From Negaprion brevirostris (taxonomy: Eukaryota): 64,000 nucleotides of DNA. The notes beneath the pieces are model-generated. The model was given only the letters and a program-made list of their open reading frames with translations, made no database searches and had not been told where the DNA came from. The position numbers and the translations under genes were made by a program. The stretch is from contig JARDVH010000146.1 in NCBI GenBank assembly GCA_030324005.1, positions 27,243,952 through 27,307,951 of the forward strand. The letters are read 5' to 3'. This document shows positions 25,233-38,039 of the stretch, piece after piece; position 1 is the first letter of the stretch, and every line of letters starts with the position of its first letter.

Positions 25233-25969
25233 TAGCCAGGAGAATATAGACTCAAAGGGAGGCACGCATATTATGATCTAGTTAGGGATCAGTAACACTT
25301 CATTTAAAATAGACAAAATTTGAAATCCCAGTTACCCACTAGGAGAATGAAGTCATGAGAATCCATGGATTTAAACAAACAAAATAAACGTTACTGTACT
25401 AAGTCAGAAAAGTAAAACAACGTACAATATCTAACTTATACTCTGTCATTCAGAATTAACATGAGGCAACTACAAATTAACAGGAAATGGTCAAACACAG
25501 CATACTGCACAGTAAATGACTGATACAATCAAGGCAGATCCTATAGATTTCACAGCAAACCACACGGACCTCAAGGGCCACTCTGAGTCACAAAACCCCA
25601 TTAACACTCTGTCTCCCTCATAAGGCATTTCAACTCCTCGCTTTTGAAGAGCTAGCCTCTGAATTCTCTCAAATGTCGCTCCTATGTGGACTGGACCTCA
25701 ATGACTGCTCGCCTCTTGATCACTCCTCCTGACTGCACACAACAGGATTCACAAAGCTGCATTCCTGCCTTTACTGGCACACTTCTAGCTCTTTTGTTGA
25801 CCATTAGCTTTACTAAGCTCGCACTGCCCCAGCTGCATCAATCTATAATTGTCTCCCAGGATTTCCCTGATCTCTAACTATCCCCAGCATAGAACAATGA
25901 CCTTCTGCCAAATTCTCAGCTTCCAGGGCCTCTTTGAGCCATAACTTGGAGCCTCCTAATAGCTAAATA

Positions 25970-26365
25970 CCAAGCTGGCAATGCCCGGGGGGCACCCCCC
26001 CCGCCTTACTCCTGACCTACTCCGTGGCTCCCTTTTACTCCAGAGGGGTCAGGCTGCCAGCTCCTCGCCAAAGGGGAGCTGTTGTAAACCTTGCTGGAAT
26101 GAAACACTCCTGACGGGGGCGTAGATGACATAAATAAGCTCAGAGACTTCAGTTCTGGGGCCACTAATGAGCTGTTAATGCCCATTAGAATTATTTATTC
26201 AGATCCGCGCTGATTTCTGGCGTGGAGCTTACGAGACCAGAAATCCAGCAGCTGGAGATGCACAGAGGCCATGGCCCCCAGCTGGAAACCCAGTATCTGG
26301 CCTCTGCTGATGTCTTCGGGCCAGATGCGCTGCTCAGCAGCGTAGTAAGCTCAGAGAAATGCCCC
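25970..26365. mobile_element. Harbinger-like non-autonomous element fragment
   Basis: Shares GAGACTTCAG..GGGCC..CTA..ATTCAG.TCC block and terminal GAGAA[A/T]TGCCCC with 52480-53749. Confidence 0.55.
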
Positions 26366-27620
26366 CTTGCTTTCTTCGTCTGCCCTATGGGATCTCCACT
26401 GGCAGCGAGGTATTCCNNNNNNNNNNNNNNNNNNNNNNNNNNNNNNNNNNNNNNNNNNNNNNNNNNNNNNNNNNNNNNNNNNNNNNNNNNNNNNNNNNNN
26501 NNNNNNNNNNNNNNNNTCCAGTGGTGCATGGACCAACTCAGGCCAACCTCGCAAAATCATTGTTGGTGACATGCTGGTCTGGGCTCATACGAGAGGAGGT
26601 CATCTCATTCTTGACAGAATCAGGACCATACAGCAAACTTCAGATTCAGGGTCAATCAGGTTCCCTATGTGGGCCATTTACTCACAGTTAATGGTGTGAG
26701 ATCTGTTTCAGACAAGGCAAAATCCAAATGACACATAGCCATCTCCATGGACAAGAACATTTTACTGGTCTTCCTTGGAATGACAAATTACCTTTCTAAG
26801 TCATTCTGCCTTATAATGAGCTTTTTGTCAGCTTTTCCATGAAGATGTCAAATGGTGCTGGCAAGAGCACCACACAGTGGTCTTTAACAGACTCAGTTGG
26901 CATTTTGGCCCACCGGTTGTACAATACTTTGACATTTGAGAATCCATACTCATGTCAGTAGATGCCTCCTAGCACAGACTTGGAGCAGTCTTCATCCAGA
27001 ATAGATGCACTAAGGGCCCTCACTGATACTGAGATTTGTTATGCACAGATGGAAAAGGAACTCCTTGCTCTAGTCTTCATTTGTCAGAAATGTCTTGATT
27101 TCTGGTTGTCCTGCAACTGTTGAAAATAATAATCAGCCGCACATAAAAAATCCTCACCACACTGCATCTGGACAACAGCAATGCACAACGCTAAAGTTAC
27201 AATGCTACAATCTCAGCATCGTCTGCAAACATGGCAAGGAACTCTACTTGGTTGATGCCCTTTCCAGATGCTACCCACTGCAGACTAGACAGATTGTGAG
27301 GAAGGCATAGACATCATGATAATAGAGATGCTGTCCTCTCATAGAATCCAGGTACTCAAAGATGTCAACTGCACAACATTATCATGAGAGGCTGTCTTCA
27401 GTCCTCAAGGGAGATTCCCACGAGCTCCACACATTCTTCGCTATCAGAAAGGAACTTACAGTACAGGATGGATTGATACTGATCCCGATTTCTCGTCTGA
27501 GGTACTACATTCAGAAGTTCACCAGGGCACTCTGGATTAGAAACAATTAGATACAGGGCCAAGGAATCACTGGCTTTCCCATGTATGCAGACATGGAAGG
27601 GGAAATTTCCAGATGTGTAA
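26366..27620 (+). mobile_element. Gypsy/Ty3 pol relic (RT, RNase H, start of integrase)
   Basis: CFLRLPYGISTGSEVF; KIIVGDMLVW; FRVNQVPYVGHLLT; RALTDTEICYAQMEKELLALVFICQK; HGKELYLVDALSR; RKELTVQDGLIL. Confidence 0.9.
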
Positions 27621-27621
27621 A

Positions 27622-27745
27622 ATACTGTGGATGCTGAAATATGAAACAAAAACAGAAAATGCTAGACAATCTCAGCAAGACTGGCAACATCTGTGGAGAG
27701 AAACTAGACCCAATGTTTTGAATCTGGGTTATCCTTTGTCAGGCC
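27622..27745 (-). mobile_element. Penelope-like terminal repeat with decayed hammerhead core
   Basis: Reverse complement of 27710-27742 CTGACAAAGGATAACCCAGATTCAAAACATTGG matches CTGACGA-stemII-CGAAACGTT after three CpG>CpA changes. Confidence 0.6.
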
Positions 27746-29376
27746 TAATGAACTAATGTGACATTATTTAATGAAATACTGTTCCTTGAAAGCAAATACT
27801 GCAAATTGTGACATGACGCCAAAATGCATGTTTAGACCTGTACTCGGCATATAAATTTTTCTCCTAATTATCAGATAGTAAATGCATGTTTAGGGCCTTA
27901 CTCACTTTAGGAGTCAACCTCAATTTTTCATCTCAGAAATAGATGTTCAGGGTTACACTCACCTTACAGGTTGACTCAGGCGATACAGACCTTGTTGCCA
28001 AGAAACAGCAACATGGAAGTTTAAAGCCCCCATCCAAACAGTTATAAATGGCAACCAATGACATGAACAGTCACATACTCAAAAGTATTTTTGGAAGGAT
28101 CTTTTGAAGCTTCAAAGCCTGACTTTTACACCAGATAAGGTACATGAAATACTGATTACTGACAGATCTTTAATTTCTTGTTGAAACCACTTTCTTGAAT
28201 GATATAATCTTGGCCCCTGAGTTAACACCAAATTGAAGGCTTTATTTGCATGTTCCCCAGGGCAGAGATAGGACATCTGCTGTCTTATGCATTTCCTGAA
28301 TTTGACAGCCACAAGAAGCAATATACCATTCAAGAATCATTGTGCAAGTTTTTTGCAGATTGGCCTGAACAAACTTACTTACAAATTTCAATGCAACCTT
28401 AAAATCAAATGGGTCAGTAGCATGTCATTTTGGGTTGAAATTACTGTTTAAAAAGTATAATGCTACAGAATTTAACAGCATAGAAAGAAGCAATTACTAC
28501 CAGGTGCATAAGGACACTTTCTGAAAAAGCTTCATTTCCCTGTATAGTTTCTAAATGTTTCTATTTCTTTCAACTTCCCTTTTTAAAATCTAGTCTATAT
28601 GTTACTCATGACATATTTTTCTAGTTAAGCAATCCATGTCATCATCATGTTCGATGCAGTTGAGTAACTTCAGGTTACTGTGCTCATAATGTAGGCCATC
28701 ATCATGTTGCAAAAAGCAAAGACTTGGTGATGCCAAACTTGGGTTTTAAACACCTGAAGGTTGGGGGGAAAGGGGCTAAGACTGAGTGAGGGTTCCATAG
28801 TTTAGAAATTGTGAGAAAGGTGACTGCAGGAGAATATGAAGTGAATCCTCACATTCCCCCTCACAGTTGAGATGTTGGGAGTAGGAAGAGGATGTGGGGT
28901 GACATATTTTATACAGTTTACACTGCAGGAATTTCAAGAAGGATGGATCCCAGCAGTAACAATAAAAGAGATGAGAAGAGTTATGATGGAAGGGGAGAGT
29001 TAGAGATATTTAAGGCATTAAGTAATGATGGAATCAAGTTCCCTTGGCTCCTGTTATGTGGATGATTGGGGAGCCCAAAGGTACTTTTGATACTAGGTTC
29101 AGTTTTAAGAACATTGTACTTGAGCCTTCTTTATTCATTTTTTTCATAGTGATTTGGTCACTGAGTCCAAAAGACTAAGACTAAATTTTCAAGGTGTGGC
29201 AATTTCAGATTGATTTATATCTTCAGCAAAGTTACATATAAAGAAACATGCTTTTACCTGCCTTCCCTTGGAAGCAAAGTAAATGTTCAACAATACTACT
29301 TTCAAACATCTGTCCAAATAACATTCTGTGCTTTTGTATATATTAAACAATGCATTGAAATGTAGGTTGACGTCAG

Positions 29377-30590
29377 ATGCAAGACTGGGCAGGGAAGTGG
29401 CAGATGGACTTCAACACAGATAAATGTGTAGTGGTCCATTTTGGCAAGACCAACATAGAACATTACAGCGCAGAACAGGCCCTTCGGCCCACGATGTTGC
29501 GCCGACCAGTTAAAAAAAAACAAAGACCNNNNNNNNNNNNNNNNNNNNNNNNNNNNNNNNNNNNNNNNNNNNNNNNNNNNNNNNNNNNNNNNNNNNNNNN
29601 NNNNNNNNNNNNNNNNNNNNNNNNNNNNGAGGTCGGTCACCAGTGGAGTGCCCCAGGGATCTGTTCTAGGACCCTTGCTGTTTGTCATTTTCATAAATGA
29701 CCTGGTTGAGGAAGTGGAGGGATGGGTTAGTAAGTTCGCCGACAATACAAAGGTTGGTAGTGTTGTGGATAGTCTTGAGGGATGTCAGAAGTTGCAGCGT
29801 GACATAGGCTGCAAGACTGGGCGGAGAAGTGGCAGATGGACTTCAACGTGAATAAATGTGTAGTGGTCCATTTTGGCAGGACCAATGGGATGAAGGATTA
29901 CAATATCCAGGGTAGGACTCTTAGCTGTGTTGAAGAGCAGAAGGACTCTTAAATCAGCTTCGCAGGTGGAGGATGTGGTCAAGAAGGCATATGGTGTACT
30001 GCCCTTCATTAATCGAGGGATTGAGTTTAGGAGTTGGGAGGTAATGCTGCAACTTTATAAGACCTTTGTCAGACCCCACTTGGAGTACTGTGCGCAGTTC
30101 TGGTTGCCTCATTACAAGAAGGATGTGGAAGCTATTGAAAGGGTGCAGAGGAGATTTACAAGGATGTTGCCTGTATTGGGTGGCATGCCTTATGAGGGAT
30201 GCTTGTTTTTTTCTCCCTGGAGAGATGAAGGACGAGAGGTGACCTGATAGAGGTTTATAAGATGTTGAGAGGTATAGTTCTGGTGGATTCTCAGAGGCTA
30301 CTTCCCAGGGCTGAAATGGTCACTACGAGAAGACACAGGTGTAAGGTGCTGGGGAGTAGGTAGAGAGGAGATGTCAGGGGTAAGTTTTTCACTCAAAGGG
30401 TGGTGGGTGAGTGGAATCGGCTGTCATTGGTGGTGGAGACGAACTCGTTGGGGTCTTCTAAGAGACTTCGGGATGAGTACATGGGATTTAATAGGATTGA
30501 GGGTTGTAGATAGGCCTGGTAAGTAGGGATATGATCAGTGCAACTTGTGGGCCGAAGGGCCTGTTTGTGCTGTAGTGTTCTACGTTCTAT
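29377..30590 (+). mobile_element. CR1 LINE RT through 3' end, with an extra fragment and an antisense CR1 tail at 29453-29510
   Basis: [26 protein letters not shown]; LYKTFVRPHLEYCAQFWLPHYKKDVEAIERVQRRFTRMLP; tail GGGCCGAAGGGCCTGTTTGTGCTGTAG. Confidence 0.93.
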
Positions 30591-31156
30591 GACATTGCAA
30601 AGAGTGGAAATCTGTCTAGATGATGAAACTTGCAAAGTCCTGGACCTGATATGTCATTCTTCATACACCTACTGTATTGAAGAGCGACGGTTTATAAATG
30701 GGGAAGTGACACTGCAGCTACGTGAAGCAATAATATCAGGAAACTCAAGGCCAGATTGCGGCAAGTGGAAGTGGGGAGTTTTTCCAGCCTTGAGCTGCTG
30801 CAGATTACTATATGATACTTGCGACCCACAGTCTGTTTACAATGCCAGAAGCAGATCTATCATGTGCTGTGATTTATCTTCCATAACAAACTATCCTTTA
30901 CACCCAGGTTGATGTTAATATGAATGACATCCACATCAAGGTATAGGTCTCTCCCTTGTTAGTTTTCATGAATCTGCACATAAATTGCAAAAAGGATCCT
31001 TGACTCCAGATTTGAAATTCCAGATTTGTCTTTATACCAACTGCTGTTTCGAACGAGTCTATGATTTTAGTCATTAGCGTATATGGAAAAGTTTAATGAA
31101 ACTTGTCAGAGACATTTAAATTTTGATCCTAGATCTCAATATAATAAATGAGATAC

Positions 31157-31267
31157 AGAATAGATTATGGAAAATGATTGATAGCATCACAATCTCTGTA
31201 GCAACCAATCATTTTCCATAATCTATTCTATTTCCATAATCTAGCATCACAATCTCTATAGCAACCA
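31157..31267. repeat. Perfect 24-bp inverted repeat interlocked with 26-bp and 13-bp direct repeats
   Basis: 31157-31180 AGAATAGATTATGGAAAATGATTG is the exact reverse complement of 31206-31229; 31182-31207 is repeated at 31242-31267 (1 mismatch); 31213-31225 at 31231-31243. Confidence 0.92.
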
Positions 31268-33049
31268 GTAGGTACAGGAATCGGTCATTTTGCCTGTTGA
31301 TATTTTTCTACCACTCGATTTATTATGACCTGGTGAGAAGGAATGGTCTGGTTCTGCTTTTTATTCAACCCCATCCCCTCAGTTGCAACAAGGATTTGTT
31401 TGAAATTCTTTCTCTGTAGATATCTTTTCTGAGTCCAAATGTATTTACTTTTTAATAAGGAGCCAACCAAACCAGGCTTTTTTGATTCAAACAAAGAGTA
31501 AATCTATTGGTCACTAAAGATCCATGGAAAAGTCATAAAGGACACAACACACATTCACACAGATCAGAGAAGAAAATTAGCCATCCAAATAAAGGTTAAA
31601 AGGAATATACAAATTGTCACAAACCACACTGATGTTATCTGCGAGAGTGTCCTAACTTGAAACACTGGCTCTTGGTAGTGTATATTTTTGTTTTGGAATG
31701 ATTGAGGAGTCATATGAAACTCTGAGAAAAAATAACCAGCTCAGTCATCGTGTAACAATTTTTAAAGTCTATTTATCAAATTAAAAAAAAACACACAAAT
31801 GGGACTATAATAGTCTAAGTTAATTACTAAACACACACAGAGCTTATATAGAAATTACCCACTTGTTTCAAAATATATCTGGTACTCGTGGACTCCTTCA
31901 GACTTCCTCTTTTCGAAATCACACCCAAATTAAGTAAATCTATCAGTCAAATCCAGTTTATAGTAACCACAAAATACAAATTGGATGATCAAGTTTGAGA
32001 AACATCTTTTCCTGATCCTGTAAGGATACTTAAACTGCCATTACAAAGGTTTCTGCAATCCTTTGGCTCTATGACTTCTTAGATTTTAAAATGGCCTCTC
32101 GGCTGTAAGATGTTAAGCTGGTCTCTTGGTTTTTTTGATGCTATAGTGCCCGCCTGCCTCTGCAGGTGCCAATAACTATACCCTATGTAACCCCTATTGG
32201 GGTGGTAAGATTTTTAAACTAGTAGACATTAAGGCACTGACAGAATTAGAAGCATTCAGTTAGATGACATTTAAAATAAGTTTATGAGCCAACAAGAAGC
32301 AATTTATGCATGTGATGCATTAATTGATTCAAACAAGTGATTAAGATTGTAAAACACATATGCTGATATTTTGAATGTATTATTGATTTTAAGAAATATT
32401 GTTCACTTTCGTCAAAAAGCATTCTGGTGAAGCAAAAGGCATCATGGTGAAAGTCATTAAGGCAAAGCCATATTTTGGGAGAATATTTGGACCTTGGAAA
32501 TGTGCAAGCTTTATCAGTAAAGTTTCAGATGGAAATTTTTTTTAGAACACTTAATCTTATTTCATGAATAGGGTTTATTCACTGTTCTGGTGATATGGAC
32601 TGATGCCAGACATGGTGTCATGAGTTAGTCTGGTTAGACAGTGGCCTTGAAAAGAACACATGAGAATGTTTATTTGAAGTCTGGCTGAGCGTTTTAGTAA
32701 CAGGGGGACAGGAGAATGGGGTCAGCACTATTCATGGACTAATAAGACATCATTATGCTGAGGGGGTGGAATGTGATTGGCTAAAGTGTTTCACATGCAT
32801 TATTGTTGTTTTGTGTTTTCTAAAGATGATTGATTTAAAGTTACTGAAAGGTGGGAATGATTGATAAGAAAAAACTATAATTGATCTGTTTTTGATTGTA
32901 TATGTTAGCTTCATTGGAGAGATTTTGCTGCTCTGTCAGAGCTACATAACCCTTTAATGAACTCCTGGCAGCTGCTGGTTTAAATAAAGTTATGCCTTTA
33001 TACAGAGATACCTGACTCATGAGTCTTGTATTGTCTAAGCTGTAGGCAG

Positions 33050-33197
33050 TACCAGTCACCTTGAGTACTCCACCACCACCCTGGTTCCTGTTTGATTCTC
33101 CCCTGTGTGTATTTGGGCTCCATCTCTTTAACCTGTGCTTAACCCTCTCTCCACTCACATTGTCTGTACCTTTAAGACTTGATTCCCTGTAAAGACT
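33050..33197 (+). mobile_element. Penelope-like element fragment
   Basis: CCCTCTCTCCACTCACATTGTCTGTACCTTTAAGACTTGATT..CCTGTAAAGACT next to a gap; recalled resemblance to shark Penelope repeats, unverified. Confidence 0.4.
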
Positions 33198-33551
33198 NNN
33201 NNNNNNNNNNNNNNNNNNNNNNNNNNNNNNNNNNNNNNNNNNNNNNNNNNNNNNNNNNNNNNNNNNNNNNNNNNNNNNNNNNNNNNNNNNNNNNNNNNNN
33301 NNNNNNNNNNNNNNNNNNNNNNNNNNNNNNNNNNNNNNNNNNNNNNNNNNNNNNNNNNNNNNNNNNNNNNNNNNNNNNNNNNNNNNNNNNNNNNNNNNNN
33401 NNNNNNNNNNNNNNNNNNNTGTCTTAAGGAATCTAGGTAAGCTATTTCCTTATGATGTGGTTATCTACACTTGATCCTGTCCGGATGCTTTCTAATCTCA
33501 ATACTGGAAAATAATGCATCTCATCATCCCCTTTGAATGCTGGTTACTGCT

Positions 33552-33638
33552 GTCGCTAGCCAGCTTCTTAGGCGTTGCTAGACAGATCACATTCTAACAT
33601 TTTTTGTTAAATTCTTGCGCCTGCTGTTACTAGGCAGA
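33552..33638. promoter_or_regulatory. Cluster of three RFX/X-box-like motifs
   Basis: GTCGCTAGCCAG (33552), GTTGCTAGACAG (33574), GTTACTAGGCAG (33626), all in the same orientation in non-repeat-looking DNA. Confidence 0.4.
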
Positions 33639-33708
33639 TTCAGGACACAAATAAACCCTTGGCTTGTCTGTGAGACATTGATGGTGGTATCTTGCAGCCA
33701 TTAGCTAA

Positions 33709-33998
33709 GTGGTGGCACAGTGGTTAGCACTACTGCCTCACAGCACCAGGATCCATGTTTGATTCTGGCCTTGGGTTACTGTCTGGGTGGTGCTTGCTTG
33801 TTCTTCCCATGTCTGTGTGGGTTTCCTCCAGGTGCTCCGATCTCTTCCCACAGTCCAAAGGTGTATAGGTTAAGTGGAATAGCCACGGTAAATGCACAGG
33901 TTTGCAGGGATGGGTTGGGTCTGGGTAAGATGTTCTGTCAGAGATTTTGCATCTATGATGTACCAAATGGCCTCCTTCTGCACTATAGGGATTCTATG
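33709..33998 (+). mobile_element. HE1-type V-SINE
   Basis: GGTGGCACAGTGGTTAGCACTACTGCCTCACAGC head; tail AATGGCCTCCTTCTGCACTATAGGGATTCTATG. Confidence 0.88.
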
Positions 33999-34689
33999 GG
34001 TATGGATTTTAGTAGAACCCTGGAGCTGAATTTTGCAGTTTTGCAGTCTGTTGACTTGACCCCGGAGGGCGTAATGACTTGCTTGACTCTGCAGGACTAA
34101 CTGTCCTTTTAGTTCCTGTTCTTGGCTTGTCTCCAATAAGATAGTTGTCTCCAGTGAGAGACAAAGTGATCCTGTTGTTGTCCTTCTCCTCTGCTGCTGA
34201 TTGCACTGGTTTTCAGAATCAGTTTTGATTCATTTCTCTGTACATTCCCAAGAGTGGGATTGACATGTCTTGCATCCAAAGGCCATTTTGCTTTCATCTC
34301 AGAAATCATTTGATACCATTCTGAGATACAAATGAACAGGAGGTAATTTTTGGTTTGTGTAGTGGGGTTTAATTGGCTGGGGGAAAGTTTCCATGGTCTT
34401 TACAAACACAAGAGATTTTGCATTTACCATACCTTCCTTTCAAGTGTCTCTATCTTCAGGTGTGAAATTCCATATCCTCTCAAAGACAAGTCTGGCAGGA
34501 TAATTCAGATAGGAATGTTCCAATAAGTTATCACTTTATATTATNNNNNNNNNNATCAGCTACCTTTTAGTCAGTGCTTTTACCCGTATTTTTTTAACAA
34601 AAACTGGTCTTCTTTAACAGTTCAATAAGACTTGAATTAGTTGGTGAAGTTGTAAGTGACTTGTACTCCATTTTCCTGACGAATTAGAT

Positions 34690-35135
34690 CAATTCCATCT
34701 AGCTGCTTTTCTCCCCATCTCTTGATGTCTTTTGACCATCAAAAATCTGGCAATCTCAGAAATCTTAAAGATTTCTATTGACTCAGCATCTATAGCCTTT
34801 GGGGGAGAGAAATCTGGATTTCCACTAACCCTGTATGAAAAAGTGTTTCCTGATATCATTATAAAATTCCCATCTCTAACTCTGAGGCTCAACCTTGATC
34901 TGGATTCTCCCATCAGAAGAACTCATTTTTATTTACTTTTTTAAATGTTAATTAAACAACCTCTCATCCTTCTATATTCAAGGGAATACAAGCAAATTTT
35001 ATACAACCTGTGCACATAATTTAATCCTTTTAACTCTGGTATAAGTGGAGTGAATCTACACTGTACCCCTCCCAAGACCAATATAGTTCCCCTGAGTTGT
35101 GGTGTTCAAGACTGATTGCAATGTTCCACACACCA
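34690..35135 (-). mobile_element. Old CR1 3' fragment
   Basis: Antisense of the LEGVQCRFT and DAESIEIFK..EIARFL regions. Confidence 0.65.
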
Positions 35136-36439
35136 TGTGATTTGAGCTGTGTACAAAAAAGAGATTTAAGATAACTCTTACAGAAAATATGTAGGAAGAA
35201 TTTGAATGATACAAGACAAAGTCTGAGGCAATAGCAGGGGCCTTTCCAGAGATTCTGAGATATTATGGCAAGGAAATTAATAATATGTACAATGGTGCGG
35301 TTTGAAAACAACTATATTATCCACTGTTAATCCTGAAGATTTTAATTAAGTTGTAGACATGAAGGATTTGTTGGGGGATAGGATTGGTTTACATTTTTTT
35401 TGGACCACATTAAGGATTCAGTATTCCAAGAGTTACATAAAATGCAGGATGCTCCCTCTACACTTAACTCACAGTGAGTACCTTAACATTGAAACTCAAC
35501 TATGTTATTCCCTTCTGATTATCATTATGAATATGAGGCATTTTAAGGATATTCTTAAAATAAAACATGTATTGTAAAATTGTGCTTGATTTTTTCCCTG
35601 ACGTTTGTTCCTGAGAAATGAATCGATAGTTTGTAAAATAATTTAGATTTTTCTATGGATAATTTTTTTATCTCATCTGGATTTGTATTTCTGCTTGTGT
35701 GTGAAAAACACAGCTCTGACCCTCAATACTCAGTAATCCCATGAACAGCTTCTAGCGTTATAACAATGACCAGATATCAAAATGCTTCACTGGCCGTAAA
35801 ACAACATGCAATGTTGCAGCATCATGGATGGCACAACATAAATGCCAGTATTTCTTAATCTTAGCTTTATTTAACAGCCAAGAAAATCACATTCCATTTA
35901 GGTCTTTGGATAGCAAGTTAATGATTTTGTCACTTTGACTGGAATCTATTTTGGTGAGGCTACACCAAAGGAATTACTCCTAGAACATACAAAGATGCTT
36001 GTAGACTATTCCACACAATTTGGGAAGAATTTTGATAGATAGCATCAGGAATTGTGGCCAGCACATCAGGGAATTTTCATTGTTAGTGAAGGCAAATGCC
36101 GGATACATCCACCAATGTAAATCATGGTTGAACAGTAGCAAATCATCATCCAACTTATTTACCCACCATTAATGCCTTAGCAATGCACGGCAGCCATTGT
36201 GCTCTTGGTGCCCAGTGTTCCTATAGGGAGGCTGGAATGAGAGATTTAAAATCATTTTTAAAAAGTCAGTCAGCAAAGCCAACCACACGACTCTCGCAAA
36301 AAAACAAGTATTTCCCTGACTCCTAGCACTCCTGCCCACCTTGAACTCCTCCTCCTCATTTAGTTGCTCTGGAAATACTGCCAAGGGCCCTTTGTCAACA
36401 TTTAAATTATACTGATTTTAGAGATCCACTAAAAGTGTG

Positions 36440-37050
36440 AGAAGAATATACCATGGTATTCCTTTCATTGCACGCTTTCAGTAAGAACCCATCTGCAGGG
36501 TACATCTAGGCTTAAATGCTTGCTTGACTAAGTTGATAACATTTAGGTGGAAGACTTCAAAGCCCATCACCAGAGTTGCATGGTTACTCCACTATTGACT
36601 GAGCAGTCCAGGTCCTGAGAGTACAGCTGCCTGTGGGCCTGTGGCAGGCAGTATCAGAATTAACATAAAAGAAAAACATATCTGACCTCATACTCAATAG
36701 TCTACCTTTCATAGATGCATCTGTCCATGGTAGCATTGACAGTGGTGAACATTGCAGTTGGAGATAAACTCCCAACTTCATACTGAGGACAACTTGCATT
36801 GTGTTTTGTTGCATTACCATCATGCAAACTGTTCTAGATTCAGAATAAATCTAACAGATCAAAACTGGATATCTGTGAGGCACTATGAGCCATTAGCAGC
36901 AACAGAATTGTACATCTCCACGTATTACAACCTCTTGAGAAAGACAAGGCTGAACCATTTGCAACCATTTTCAGTCAGAATTGCTGAGTAGATGATTTAG
37001 CTCAGCCCCCTCATGAGGTACCCAGTATCACAGAAGCCAGTCTTTAGCCA
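36440..37050 (+). mobile_element. Decayed LINE endonuclease-region fragment
   Basis: Degenerate DF..HHQ.W.GYSTID and GLWQ.V......DLIL..LP motifs; many disruptions. Confidence 0.5.
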
Positions 37051-38039
37051 ATATGTTTCAGTCAATGTGATATTAAATGCACTGGGTACAACTAAAGTGG
37101 TGGGCTCCAACAGTGTCCCAGTCTGAGTTTGTTCCTTGGGAACATTATGGTTAAAATAAAGACCTGAATTTATCATTTGTTGGACACTTGCACTTCTACC
37201 TTCACTTGCCATTCTTGTTCTTGATTTCCATTTCTTCCTATACCTCTTTGAGAATGTAACTTTCCTCCAACGATGAGAAATGCATTCCCGGCCATAGTTG
37301 GCCCCAGAGCACAATTTCTTGCTGGTTGGCAATTCTAGCATGTAGCTCACTCTGTGAAAGACTAAGCAATGCAGAGAGGGCAGAAAGTGGGGAGGCACCT
37401 CGAATAGGGAGAGTGTGGAATGATGTTCACAATATGCTCCCTTGGGGGAACAGAGGCTGCAGAGCTGTCTCAGGGAGTAGCTAACCCATGAAACATAAAT
37501 ACTGATGTTAAAACTATACCACAAGTGTTTAGGCAGAGCAAGCTTGCACAGACCTCTGTCCCCATACCCATTTATTCATTTTATTTCAGCCTGACAGTTC
37601 AGTCCACCTTGGATCTGGGTTACAATTAAAACTGAAAGGTCGACTAGCCAATCAGTTGCCCACCAACTGTAAAAACAGTAATACTGTGCAAGTGCATGAC
37701 TAACCTGGTTTCCAGAGTGGGTGTGCTCAGTCACACAAGGTAAAATTTTGAACAAAATGAATTTAATGTCACTCTGGAAGGATTGCTGACCTAGCTTTTA
37801 GAGAAGGCACAGGAATGCTCATTAATGTCTGAGTGGCAAAAGAATGATACCAAATGGAACAGTTACAAATTTGGAAGGAACCTTGGAGGAAAGTTACATT
37901 CCCAAAGAGGTTTAGGAAGAAATGGAAATCAAGAACAAGAATGGCAAGTGAAGGTAGAAGTTCACACCAAAAAAGCAGGAGATCTTTCAGAAACACTTGA
38001 CAGAAGTGCAATTACAGAATGTGTGCTAGAACGGTAGCA

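Noticed and set aside
28261-28402. Acceptor followed by open frame AEIGHLLSYAFPEFDSHKKQ..MQP*
   Set aside because: No recognisable homology or partner exon; an open frame of this length is common by chance.
36997-37524. 175-aa gap-free minus-strand ORF
   Set aside because: No recognisable domain, non-ATG start, protein-unlike composition, overlaps decayed repeat.
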